Source of the DNA: Macrostomum hystrix | Taxonomy: Eukaryota > Animalia > Platyhelminthes | DNA length: 64,000 nt | Assembly (NCBI GenBank): GCA_950097015.1 | Contig: CATNEN010000032.1 | Location: forward strand, 1,302,001-1,366,000 | Direction of reading: 5' to 3' | Translations under genes and position numbers: made by a program | Notes under the pieces: generated by a model | The model's input: only the letters and a program-made list of their open reading frames with translations | The model's database searches: none | What the model was told of the DNA's origin: nothing | Shown: piece after piece, positions 11,217 through 23,630 of the stretch | Layout: every line of letters begins with the position of its first letter | Numbering within the stretch: position 1 is the stretch's first letter

Positions 11217-14200
11217 TTAATCTTCGGCCGTTGTCACACACTCATTCGCATCTTCTCCATCTTCGCCGTTGTCCTCGGCCTCGCAACTGCGCATCCGGCA
11301 CAGCTGGCTGACCCGTTGACGAAATCGATCCCGGGCGGCCAACAAATTGACCCCAACTTGTTCGCCGATGCCGTCGCCATTGTCGGCATCCTCAGCCGCA
11401 GTCATATCCTCATTTCGATCATCCATGTCAACTTTGCGACGCTTAGTCGGCTTCGAAGGCTTGGCTATCTTGGTCTTGCCCGGTGGGAGAACAACACGCC
11501 GCGAGCTGGCCTGCTTGTTGTTAGCTTTCTTCTGTTTGGCTGCGGATGGTTTGCGGCTGTGCGGCCTGCCTGGTTGCTGATTGCTGCACAGCTGCACCCG
11601 CTGCCCACCAAAATAGCCGTAGCGCTTCAGCCGATTGGCAAAGTCCAGCTCGGCGACAACGCTGGCGGCTTCGTCAGCCAGTTGGCGCAGCTTGGACTCA
11701 GCTGAACTGCCAGCCTTCGGCGCGGCGCCCTTGCCCAGTCCCGGCAGCAGGTCTAACAGATCGGCCGGGCCTTGGAAGGGCCGGATTCGACTGTCCGGGA
11801 TCCAGGCCCGGCTAGCCGAGCGGCCCAGGAAGGTCACGTGATAGGCGGCCACATCGTTAGTTTCGGCCTCCAATTCGAAGAAAGTGCCGTAGTCCGGGTC
11901 GACTTCGACCAGGCCTGGCCAATAGGGGAAGCCCGGCACACGGGCCCAGACCAAGCTGCCGGCCACGTACTTGTTGCAGAGGGCAAAGTTCGTGCCCTGA
12001 GCGTAGAAGTACTCGGCTAGCTCTGGCAGTTCGCACGAGTTCTGGCGCGGATCTGGCGAGTCGGCGCAGCGCCAGCCGTCCGGCACCCGACAGGGCTCGG
12101 CGATGTCGGCGGCGTGTCGCCATTTTTTACAGTCGACGCATTCAATCCAAGTGCCTGTGGCGAATTGGAAATCAACCACCGGCGGCTTCGGCGAGGAGCT
12201 GTCCACTGTCGTCTCGTCCTTTGGGGCAGCGGACGAAGACGCCTTGCCTTTGCAACCGGGCCGCTTTTTGTTGAAAATCTGAGTCTGCTCAGCGTTGTCT
12301 ATTCGGTCAGCCTTCTGCGAAGTCTGCTGCTGCCCTGCTGCCTTCTTGGGCGTCTTTTTGGGCACTGAAAGTAAAAAAATGGATTTTTTAAATCCTGCTA
12401 CGGTTCTGGCCATCCTGGTACGGTTCTGGCCATCCTGGTACGGTTCTGGCCATCCTGGTACGATTCTGGCCATCCTGCTACGATTCTGGCTATACATCCT
12501 GCTACGGTTCTGGCCATCCTGCTACGATTCTGGCCATACATCCTGCTGCGATTCTGGCCATCCTGCTACGGTTCTGGCTATACATCCTGCTACGGTTCTG
12601 GCCATCCTGCTACGATTCTGGCCATCCTGCTACGGTTCTGGCTATACATCCTGCTACGGTTCTGGCCATCCTGCTACGGTTCTGGCCATCCTGCTACGAT
12701 TCTGGCCATCCTGCTACGATTCTGGCTATACATCCTGCTACGGTTCTGGCTATCCTGCTACGGTTCTGGCCATCCTGCTACGATTCTGGCTATACATCCT
12801 GCTACGATTCTGGCTATACATCCTGCTACGATTCTGGCCATACATCCTGCTGCGATTCTGGCCATACATCCTGCTGCGATTCTGGCTATACATCCTGCTA
12901 CGATTCTGGCCATACATCTTGCTGCGATTCTGGCTATACATCCTGCTACGGTTCTTGCCATCCTGGTACGATTCTGGCCATCCTGCTACGATTCTGGCCA
13001 TCATGGTACGATTCTGGCCATCCTGCTACGAATCTGGCCATCCTGCTACGATTCTATGATTCTGGCTATACATCCTGCTACGATTCTATGATTCTGGCTA
13101 TACATCCTGCTACGATTCTATGATTCTGGCTATACATCCAGCTACGATTCTGGCCATCCTGCTACGATTCTGGCCATACATCCTGCTGCGATTCTGGCCA
13201 TCCTGCTACGGTTCTGGCCATCCTGCTACGGTTCTGGCTATACATCCTGCTACGGTTCTGGCCATCCTGCTACGATTCTGGCCATCCTGCTACGGTTCTG
13301 GCCATCCTGCTACGGTTCTGGCTATACATCCTGCTACGGTTCTGGCCATCCTGCTACGGTTCTGGCCATCCTGCTACGATTCTGGCCATCCTGCTACGAT
13401 TCTGGCTATACATCCTGCTACGATTCTGGCTATACATCCTGCTACGATTCTGGCCATACATCCTGCTGCGATTCTGGCTATACATCCTGCTACGGTTCTT
13501 GCCATCCTGGTACGATTCTGGCCATCCTGCTACGATTCTGGCCATCATGGTACGATTCTGGCCATCCTGCTACGAATCTGGCCATCCTGCTACGATTCTA
13601 TGATTCTGGCTATACATCCTGCTACGATTCTATGATTCTGGCTATACATCCTGCTACGATTCTATGATTCTGGCTATACATCCAGCTACGATTCTGGCAA
13701 CGGCACTTAGTCATGGCATTTATAACGCAGAGATATATTATAACGTGCACATACTCGAGTTAGTAGTCCTAGGTGCTAGGTAGACATCGCAGAGCTCATC
13801 GGCACTGCGATTAGACACAGTTTGCATGGCTAAATCGAACACGCAGTTAAACTGCTGGCTAGAAATGGCGTTTGGCCTGACGTCTTCGTCCGCGTTCTCC
13901 TGCGCCTGAGAATGATGGGTGGGCTGGACCAGTTTTATTGATTAATAATTTGCTTGGAAATACATATATCCTAAAGAAACTACTGACAGTACGCAAGCAT
14001 GTTTCTAGCAATATCGCTTTTAAACTTATTCTCTGCTAATTTCAAATAGATTTAAAGCAATACAGCGAAACCAACCGAAGCAAATGAGACCTGCGATGAG
14101 TCGCTATCGCTAGCGGCCACAATTGAAGTTTCAAAGGCTCGTTTTGTCCCGGCGTTAGACTCAGTGGCTGTAGTGTCTTCAGCGTTGATATGACTAGCAG

Positions 14201-14746
14201 AGGTAGGAATTTCGGTTCTAGATTCGTCTTTTTTGGCATCATTTGTGTTAGCGTTGTCGGCGTCTTTGTTGTTAGCTGAGTCGGCGTCTTTGTTGTTAGC
14301 TGAGTCGGCGTCTTTGTTGTTAGCTGAGTCGGCGTCTTTGTTGTTAGCTGAGTCGGCGTCTTTGTTGTTAGCTGAGTCGGCGTCTTTGTTGTTAGCATAG
14401 TCGGAGCCTTTAATGTTGGTAGATTTTGCGGATTTACGAGTAGAAGCAGTTACCACATTGGTCTTTGTGGTTGCTAAAGATGTCAGCCTTGACAGTCCAG
14501 CCGATTTGACGCTTGAGCTGGTCGCCAATGGAGGGTCATTAAAGGCTGGCAATTTGGTTGCTAAGGACTTTGAGGATGCTGATGGCGCCAGGCCCACCCG
14601 TCTGGCTTGCAAGCAGCGAAAGCCTAGAGGAAATTTTGAATGGTAGAAATAAGCCTTATTATCATATAATTCGACATTATATAATAGCAATGTAAGTCAG
14701 GAAACCAAAATAAATTGACAGGACCATTAAACTTACGATTAAGCAT
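11217..14746 (-). CDS. ZCWPW1: zf-CW + PWWP domain protein (ZCWPW1-like), about 613 aa, 4 coding exons
   Basis: Exons (minus) 14746-14737, 14623-14091, 13905-13755, 12364-11217; phases 1,0,1 close. The last exon has zf-CW (WIECVDCKKWR...WRC..S.D...NSCELPE) followed by PWWP (GSLVWARVPGFPYWPGLVEVDPD...YHVTFLG...SRAWI), the ZCWPW architecture. The exon-2 donor is weak (alternative in-phase donor after 14076). ZCWPW1 vs ZCWPW2 cannot be fully resolved by eye. Confidence 0.85.
12392..13699. repeat. Intronic compound minisatellite of 20-bp (ctggccatcctgctacgatt) and 24-bp (ctggctatacatcctgctacgatt) units
   Basis: Fills intron 12365-13754 of the ZCWPW gene. Confidence 0.95.
14262..14400 (-). repeat. 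Coding 24-bp repeat, (NNKDADSA) about 6 copies, in ZCWPW exon 2
   Basis: In-frame repeat within the predicted exon. Confidence 0.85.
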
Positions 14747-15362
14747 TCCTAAATATTATCTGAAAATTTTAGATTGGAAACATTAATTTACTTGACAATC
14801 AGTTCATACAACAGTCAATTAAAATTTAGAAAAATTCACCAACATACTTTTTAGGAAAAAAACGTTTCACTTATAGTATTTTCAACTTGAAAGTAAATAG
14901 CTAGCAATAAAGGCTCGCTTAAAAATGGAGCACTAAAAATTGTTTTTTTTGGTGTGGTAATACAAGTTGCTTTTACTTTAATAGTGCAGATATAAGTCAT
15001 TTTAAAGGGTGTTAAAAACCAACCAACAAACTTAATAAGCCTATTTAACATATTTCTAAAACATTTTCCTTTATATTGCAAAATAATAATATCAAGATTA
15101 AAGTCACTATTTACTAAATATATTCCACTATAATATACATTTTTAAGCTAAAAAGCTACTAGCTAGGGTATACTTGACTAGCTAGCCTTAGCTAAACTGA
15201 TTTGTTAAATGCTCTATTTACAGCTAGGCCTACAAGCCCTATTGGAACAAGTGTAGAAAACTAGTAGACATACAACAGGTTCTAAAATGGTATCTAAAAA
15301 ACTAAAAGTTTTGTTCAATCAATTATAGCCAAGATATATTCAAAGTTCAAGCTTACTGACAA

Positions 15363-15643
15363 CATACATGCGCAACCTCCCAAATCTAATCCGGCCATGC
15401 GACTTAGTTTTTGCTCTCATTTGTGACTTAGTTTGTTTCATTGCTCTATTTATGACTTAGTTTGCTCTCATTTGCTCTCATTTTCTCTCCCCTTTTTCCT
15501 TTTCTTCACGCCTTCCTTTTTTGTCCCTTGGTCCCCCCTTTGATTTTTTTGCGCTTGGTCGATTGGTTTTTGCGACTTACCTTGCTTGGCCCTCGTTTCA
15601 CCCAGCCGGTTTGGCCAGGTTGGCCGGGTGTTGCGCATGTATG
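15363..15643. mobile_element. 281-bp MITE, 14-bp perfect TIR, 8-bp TSD (hAT or P superfamily)
   Basis: CATACATGCGCAAC ... GTTGCGCATGTATG flanked by a perfect actgacaa duplication (15355-15362, 15644-15651). Confidence 0.9.
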
Positions 15644-16117
15644 ACTGACAATAAAATCATTTTAGATAAAGTATAACAAATTAATTCAAATTGGCTAATT
15701 AAAAAAGCGAAATGAAATAATATTAAATAAGACAAGTTTATACAAATTTAAAAGGCTTTTTGGATGTGCTCTCAAGCATTCCCAGTTGAGCAATATTTGA
15801 ATTAATGTTTGAGAAGAAATAACTTGTCCTCCTTGAAAATGTGGGAATTTGCATTGCTGGCATATATATGTACAATATGTGGTAGCCTATTTTAACAAGC
15901 TGCAGCACTGGGCATTATTGTGGATCCATGTGGATAAAGTCTGCACTATTAGTATTTGTACTGGACTATGCCAATAAGCATTGCCACAAATAAGATTCAT
16001 GATTTGTGATCTTAATTATATTTTTGTTAAGTAATAACTATCAAGAGACCTTTTACGTAGGGACTCAAAAGTAATGACTGAATACTTTTTTAAATAAGAG
16101 ATATTACTTATTTTATA

Positions 16118-16731
16118 GGCAGAGCTTATTCCCACGGTCCCATGCCAATAATTTCAATTTTATCCACACGGATCCATGCTGATAATTTTCTACTTATCCA
16201 CACGGCAGCTTGTATGAATCCTATATATCCTAGGCCTAGGCCTGAAACGAGGCCCTTTCAGGTTTGAACGTTTTGTTGAACCCTTGAGCCAACAGATCAA
16301 CAAAGTTGCCAGTGTGTTACAACAGTGTTACATTTTGACCTACACATTCATTAACTGACATTATTGTTGTCCTTTTTAATTATTGTAATGAAAACTTACT
16401 AAGTCTTTTGCGATTTCTCATGCGATTGTTAGCAACGTTACATATTATTCAAAATCGATGATTATTTGAAATTTAACGTGTGCATTGCTTGTAATTAAAA
16501 GAGGCACTACTACAGCCTACAGGTACTGCAGGTTCTGGAAAACATGTATGGCCAGTTGTATATAGTACATGAAAATTGCTACACAGTTCCTGTAAAATAT
16601 GTGCTTTAGTTTAAGTTCTTAAAGTTAACGGCAAAACAAGGTGCCATGTGGATAGGCAGAGAATTATCGGCATGGATCTGTATGGATAAAATTGAAATTA
16701 TCGGCACAGGACCATGGGAATAAGCACTTCC
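16118..16731. mobile_element. TA-flanked MITE with about 95-bp imperfect TIRs
   Basis: 16118-16210 is the imperfect reverse complement of 16636-16731, with TA on both sides. A related orphan right end lies at 15895-15985. Superfamily not assignable. Confidence 0.7.
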
Positions 16732-18034
16732 TATTTACAAAAAAGAAATAGCAATGGTAGTAACAGTTGTTACTGTCTATTTGGTAATGAAAAAAGGGTA
16801 ATGGAAAAAAACCTTAACATTACTTTCAGTTTTTTAGTTTTTAACACCTTTACCATAAATATAACTTTTTTTCTTGTTTACATTCATCTACGATGATTAA
16901 TTTTATTGTAACGATTCCAATTTCACAACTGTTGCAAAAAATACATTTCTTAACTCACTATAAACAGGGCTACATTTACAACATTCGTGGTAATCACGTA
17001 ATGAATCGATATAGTAAAGGAATGTATGAATGACGAAAAATAAGCTCGAATGTTTTGAATAAAATCACAATGTAAAAGAAAGAAACGGTTACCTTTATTA
17101 AAAAACATATATTCTTTTAAAACTGGGCTTATTTAAGGCACATGTTTTTTTACAGAGTGCATGTAATATACATTTGTTTTTTGTTACTAACGACAACACG
17201 AGTTTGGGCATCGGCGTGAGTTTTGTCATGTTTGTGACGAAATGTAGATTGCGAGTACGGTGTTTTGTCAGTTCGACTAGTTGCGTTGCACAAATAAGTG
17301 TGCGAAACAATAAAGGCTGACTTGCTTGTAACTCAATTATAAACATCGAAATATAGTATAAACTTTAATGCGGGGCCGCGAGCATTTTGAAGAAAAGATA
17401 GCAGAAAAATACCCACGAAAGTTATAAATAAAAAAGTATAACAATAAGTAAAACCATCACCCAGCTTAATTTACTGTGTGCTGCATCGGAATTTACAGTG
17501 AAAATGGGGGCATTGCGACGTTGCCCGAATTTTGCTAACGCATGCTGTAACTGAATATATATAACATTAAACTTGTATATAGCAAACACCTGCAGACGTG
17601 GGTCCTCAAGACGAATTCGTTACACAGCATCTGACTCAACTGCAATAAATCACTGTGCTCTAATTTAAGTCCTTTATATACTGTCTCCCTGAACCTGATA
17701 TGATTCTCTTTTAGTTCACGATAAGGAAACAGCTTAAATTGAACTATTATACTGCGCTTGTATACATGCATGCATATGCTGCGAATAACCATGGGTCGGG
17801 CGCAAGGTTAACCTGGACAACTCTATTAAAAAGCTTTGTGTTTTGCTGAGGCAGCGTGACGAAATGAAGAAGGGAGCAGTATAAATAAAGAAGGTGAAAA
17901 AACACTAGGCTCGAAATCGCACCACTATATTTAGAACTGTCAAGAGTCACGCTACTCCCCACCGGCCTAAACCAGTTCGGGCAGACATGAGAGAGCGCTT
18001 GGACTCTAGGCGAGCCGCATACTCAACATCACCC

Positions 18035-19470
18035 GCCATCGAAAAGCATCCAGGACTTGGGTCCGAGTCGCCGGACGATTCGCCGAGTGTCGTCGAGTCG
18101 TGTCGCTAGCTTGTGAGCGGTCTGTGGCCTGCGGACGTGCAGTGTCGCTATGCAGCCTGTAGTCGTGCAATTTTTGGGCTCCTCGGCGGCGATCAGTATC
18201 CAGCCTGGCCTTAATTCTCCTTGTTGGCTTGTACTTTTCCTCCGCGGATGTCGCTTCCGATGTCTGCTGGCGGATGCCCTGGCTCCACGAGCGGTCGGCC
18301 GATCATCAGCTCAAGGACCACTGTAGTATAACAGGACGGGAAACTCAAAGATCGTGTAAATTTTTAGAAGGCCGATTTCCTGGAAAAAATACACTGCGGA
18401 GATAGGAAAAAGTCATTTTTTCAGCACATAATCAATTATTGCTTTTGATCTGGAGCAAGTTCAAATCCGTTAATCTTAGTACAGCATGCCCAACATTAAG
18501 CTCCGTTGTTTTTATATAGCTTCGTTTATAAAAGTCTTATTTTCACATATATATATTATATAATAGTGTCTTGAATCTATATAGACTATAGACTAGCACA
18601 TTTAATGGCTCAAAATATGATAGCTAAATATTCTTAATTTAATTGGCCTAAATTGTTTGAATTAACAAATTAGCTAAATAGTTTGGCAAAACTAACAGCC
18701 AAAAAAGTTAACTAATATAACAGTAGCAACTATAGGTCTATAAAAAGGTACAACAAATTTCAAAATGATTTTAATGCAACCAAGTAAGTTAATTAATTTT
18801 TGGCTGTTAGTTTTGCTAAAGTATTTAGCTAATTTGTTAATTCAAACAATTTAGGCCAAATTAAGAATATTTAGCTATCATATTTTGAGCCATTAAATGT
18901 GCTAGTCTATAGTCTATATAGATTCAAGACACTATTATATAGTATATATATGTGAAAATAAGACTTTTATAAACGAAGCTATATAAAAACAACGGAGCTT
19001 AATGTTGGGCATGCTGTACTAAGATTAACGGATTTGAACTTGCTCCAGATCAAAAGCAATAATTGATTATGTGCTGAAAAATGACTTTTTCCTATCTCCG
19101 CAGTGTATTTTTTCCAGGAAATCGGCCTTCTAAAAATTTACACGATCTTTGAGTTTCCCGTCCTGTTATACTACAGTGGTCCTTGCATCAGCTCTGCCGG
19201 CGTCAGGCCAGTCGTCGCACTGTCGGTAGCACTGCAGGAACTCTCGGACCGTCTCCTTGAGCTTATGTCGTCCTTGAGATGAGCCTTCAGCGACTCTTTA
19301 GCGTCCGGTTGAGCCGTCTTACGTTAGAGTTCGACTGCGCCGATGGTATAGCGAAGTCTTGACGTGCTGTACACCTTGGCCGGCTAGGATCGAGCTCCTC
19401 GAAGGTGGCTGCATAGTGAACTGGGGCGCGTTTTCGGTCACGATGTTGTTAGGCAGCGCCAAGCGAAAGG
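18035..19470 (-). pseudogene. Degenerate Ty3/Gypsy integrase (pol 3' end) fragment, interrupted by a foldback element
   Basis: Minus-strand translation across frameshifts gives LPNNIVTENAPQFT, GVQHVKTSLYH, RLNRTLK, FLQCYR, TTGLTPAELM|IGRPL and RRLGPKSW, matching the rve core and GPY/F region. The catalytic D appears as E, with stops and frameshifts. Confidence 0.75.
18312..19185. mobile_element. 874-bp foldback element, about 395-bp near-perfect TIRs, 8-bp TSD
   Basis: CAAGGACCACTGTAGTATAAC... (18312-~18710) mirrors ~18790-19185, with an ~80-bp spacer. TSD catcagct at 18304-18311 and 19186-19193. The CAAGG end fits P- or hAT-type termini. Confidence 0.93.
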
Positions 19471-20019
19471 GTCCTTGACGCCCTTGCAAAGGAGAGTTTT
19501 ATACATTTAGAAATTTACAACTAGCGCATCTACAGTATTGTCGACTTTATATCAATATGCACACGAGTAAATTATACGTACAATGACGATTGTAAAGTTT
19601 TGCGTAAATTTAAACTTACATAAAATCTTTCATGGAATAGTCCGTTGTTGCATGGCACATCTTATCTGTAACTTAGATAGCTTAAGCGTAGTACTACGTG
19701 GGTTTTAAAGTATATATATAATTTTTACACGCGCCACATCTAAAAAAAATTATTTAGGCATTCTAGCTTTTACAATTTTAATAACTCTCCAGCAGTCTTT
19801 TCCATTTATTAAAGGCTTTTTTTTAATAAAAAAATATATTTTATGCTGCAGTTAAATTCAATTCGATGCAATAAAATGTTTTAGTTCTACATGTAAAGCT
19901 GTAGTCCGATTGAGCATTTAAAATCAGTCACAAAAACTTTACTAATTGAAAATCATTTCTAGTTTAGTGAGACCTAATTTAACCATTTAATCGACTACCT
20001 AACTTCAACTTGAACTAAA

Positions 20020-23000
20020 ATGGCTCTAACTAATGATTTTGCTAGCACATTGATTGATGTGTCCAGAACGTTGCAAAAGATTAATATGTATCCCTATTTT
20101 GACATTGCCAATTATATTTTAATGTGTTGTGTTGTAAAAGAGGATTCGCCTCAAACAGGTAAGTCTTTGTGTTGCCTTTTTACCTTCTTCAATTTATAAA
20201 ATATTAGCTCACTTCATATAGACAGCCTTTTTAATTTAGCTACTGAATTGGCTAATATAATAAAGGAGCCGAATTTTTTAATCACAGAAGCATTTAGCAT
20301 GGTGGCTAATAAGAAATTCAAGAGTATACTTACGAAAAATTAAAGGCTTTCAAAAAAGTGGTGGCACTTTCAACTCAGGCCCATATTGTAACATATGAAA
20401 GTATATAATTGCTATAGTCTGGATCATTTTGGGTACATGCCAGAAAGACAATAGGTAAATTCAATTTGCAAGCAAGGTTAGTGCTTTTAATACACCCTAG
20501 TTCATGCTGTAGCATGTAGAAATATGTATACCAGTACAAACTGATAATAGTTATTTCTAAAAAACAAGACATTTTTGGCTTAAAAATGACAAATTCGTTA
20601 TATAAAAATTAGGTAAGTTTGCACAGCTGACAGAACAAATAGTTTTAGTCATGTAAAGTCTATAATGGTTGATTTAGTACATTAAAGTATGTTACTACAG
20701 TTTACCAGTTTTATAGTGTTATTGCTGTTTGATTGTACAGTTCACAACTATTAGATATGGATAATACATATAATGAAACAGTATATTAGATTTCTTCAAG
20801 TGCACAATTGCAAACCATGCACACAAAGGTACATGCCAAGCCTTTGAAATATAAATGATTACAATGCCAGCCCAAAGTAAATGCATGCTAGAAAATTCCA
20901 GCATGCACTACATGGTCTGGACTATAGCATCACTGTTTTTATCTTTAATCAGCACATTTAAAACCTTCATTTGAGTCCAAAAGCATCATCTTGTTTGGAT
21001 TCTTACTTTTTAATGTTACTGCATAATAAATTATGATTAGTTGGTACTTTAGACTGTCTTATAGTAAATGAAACAGCAGTTTTTGCAACAAAAATCACAA
21101 ATACTGACAACTAACTATTGAAATTCAATATTTATTCAAATTTAAGTGCTTACTCTACTCATTGCTACTGATAAGTTGTTGTGGTTCTGTTCATAAACTA
21201 ATGCAGAACATAAAGGACTACTCTATGTTGAGCATCTGCTACCATGGAATCTTTAGGAAGATGAATATTTTAGTTCCACAGTAGCTGTAGATACAGCTTA
21301 AGGAAGTTATATAGACACAGATTTACAGACAAAAGTTACACAGATATAGATATGGTTATAGAAACTTCTGTTTCCAATATCTTGAGTTTTTTTGACTGAA
21401 ATAATTTGCACTAGATCCCTTTAGAAATTTCAATCGCCACTTGTACATTGCAGGGTAAATTTTATGTCTATTATAATATCTTAGAACTTCAAATAGAAGC
21501 TGTATTATCAACATAGGGAAATATAGGAAGTTCAGTCAGCGCAAAAACTGCAACCTAATTTATTTCTAGGCAGCCAAACTTTCTCAAGACGCCATCCATT
21601 TGCCTGTTGGCTAGCCAGTATGCTGATGTGTTTCGCTGGGCCTATGATTGGCAACTTCCTGCTTGGAGAGTCAATTGTTGCACCATTAAAAAATAATCAT
21701 GACATCCTGCTGGCTAGTTTTGTCTGGTACGGTTCACTTGTTTATCCTTAATTCTTTTATTTTTGTTAATTATCTTTTTATTTACAGGGTCTTAATTCTA
21801 ATTTAAATATCTTTAGGTACCTAATAAACTATATGCCATGGGACCTAGCCTACCGGATTAGCAAGTTTGCTCCACTGCACCTCATCATCTGCCTGATGAA
21901 GGAACTGCAACGGGCTAGAAAAATCTCGGACGGTGTCGCTTTCGCTTACAAACTCAATCCGCGAGCCTACCTGGTGGTGGTGGTCATTGGAATCGTCAAA
22001 GGTACAAATAAAATGGCCGTTTTTCTTGTCTGCCTGTCCGTTCCTCTTGTTTCAAGCATTTGTCTGTCTGTTCTTGGTGTCTATTTCTCTGTTGAGTGTC
22101 TGTTAGTCTGTCAGTGCTGAGTGTCTGTTAGTCTGTCAGTGCTGAGTGTCTGTTAGTCTGTCAGTGCTGAGTGTCTGTTAGTCTGTCAGTGCTGAGTGTC
22201 TGTTTGTCAGTGCTGAGTGTCTGTTAGTCTGTCAGTGCTGAGTGTGTTAGTCTGTCAGTGCTGAGTGTCTGTTAGTCTGTCAGTTCTGAGTGTCTGTTTG
22301 TCAGTGCTGAGTGTCTGTTTGTCATTGCTGAGTGTCTGTTAGTTTGTCAGTGCTGAGTGTCTGTTAGTTTGTCAGTGCTGAGTGTCTGTTAGTTTGTCAG
22401 TGCTGAGTGTCTGTTAGTATCTGTGCCATCCCTGATCTCGTCCTTACGCATCTACTTGCTTTTGTCTCCTTGGAGACTGCAGTACTCTTTGTTCTGTTCT
22501 TTGTTTATTTCAGGCTCCGGCTACTTAGAAATGAAGCTGTTCGAGAGGCTAGTTAGAGGCCTTTGGTTGCCGGCATCCAACGAGTGTTTGAAGCCCTCCT
22601 TGTAAGTTTCGGCCATAATATTTCGGTTTAATAGATTCTGCATTTACCACTGTCCACGCTCATCTCGCCATTCGCAGCACAACCAAGGCCAGCGGCCTCA
22701 TCGCCACCGCCTTTCTGCTGCAGAAGCTGGGCCGGCTGCCCTGCTCGCATGATGGCGCTTTTCTGGCCGCTGCCCTCCTGCTAGTCTGCTTCAAGTGAGA
22801 GCCGTGCCTTGCTAATAAAATTTGATTTATATGCTGTTGCGTCAAAAATAGATTAGTATTTCCGATTATAATTGATCTTCCTAGGCTGGCCTCCAAGCTG
22901 CTGCATGTACACGATCCATTTCGGCCCTTCGAGAGCGTCTTCTGCACTGTGCTGCTCGGCGGCCTGGTTGACGCCATGCGCCGTGCAGCCGAGGGCTCCC

Positions 23001-23158
23001 GGCTGGGTGGCCAGACTGCCGCCGCCACAGCTGCTCCCGCCAGATCCGGCCAGCCTTCCATCGGTCAGCAGCAACAGCAGCAGCAGCAGAAAGACTCGGT
23101 TGAGAGCGCCGTGAATGGACAAGCCAGGGATGGCAAGGAGCAAAAGAAAAATGACTAA
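20020..23158 (+). CDS. TMEM38: Trimeric intracellular cation channel (TRIC), 319 aa, 6 exons
   Basis: Exons 20020-20158, 21570-21726, 21817-22001, 22514-22601, 22678-22794, 22885-23158; all GT-AG, phases close. Motifs MYPYFDIA, FSRRHPFACWL, NFLLGE, KEL.R.RKI.DGV, IG..KG.G, FERLVRG.W, TKAS, DPF.PFE and C-terminal KKND are characteristic of TRIC. Confidence 0.95.
22093..22417. repeat. 25-bp minisatellite (gagtgtctgttagtctgtcagtgct), about 13 copies, in TRIC intron 3
   Basis: Direct reading. Confidence 0.93.
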
Positions 23159-23478
23159 ATAACTTCGCTGTCTGATTCGACGACTCAAAATTCTTTAAAA
23201 TTACAAGTCGGAGTTTGGGCCTTTATTAAAGATACAGTTTGTTTAGATAAAAGTTGTGTAGAGCGAGTAGGAGTGAGTTTTTTGCTAAAGTAATGTTTTA
23301 CTACCTGCCTTAGCTATCTTGTTTACTGTATCCGCTGTTTTATCCTTTCAGCCTAGATAATTTATTTTTCTGCAGTCCTTCATTAACTCTGCGGTAAATC
23401 TGAGCTAATTCTATCACCCACCCCACTCCTTCTCTCGGTCTTTTTATCAGCTTTGTCGACCCGCCCCAAACCGTCTTT

Positions 23479-23630
23479 CTGTCCTGTGTACTTTGCAGCC
23501 ACCCCACGCCGCCTCTGTCCTGTGTACTCTGCAGCCACCCCACGCCGCCTCTCTGTCCAGTATACTCTACAGCCACCCCACGCCGCCTCTGTCCTGTGTA
23601 CTTTGCAGCCACCCCACACCGCCTCTCTGT
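23479..23630. repeat. 36-38 bp tandem repeat, about 4 copies, downstream of TRIC
   Basis: ctgtcctgtgtact(t/c)tgcagccaccccacgccgcct units. Confidence 0.85.

Noticed and set aside
17460-17990. 3' LTR of the Gypsy relic
   Set aside because: A purine run (GGTGGGGAG on the minus strand) is present, but there is no TG..CA boundary or second LTR copy to confirm it.
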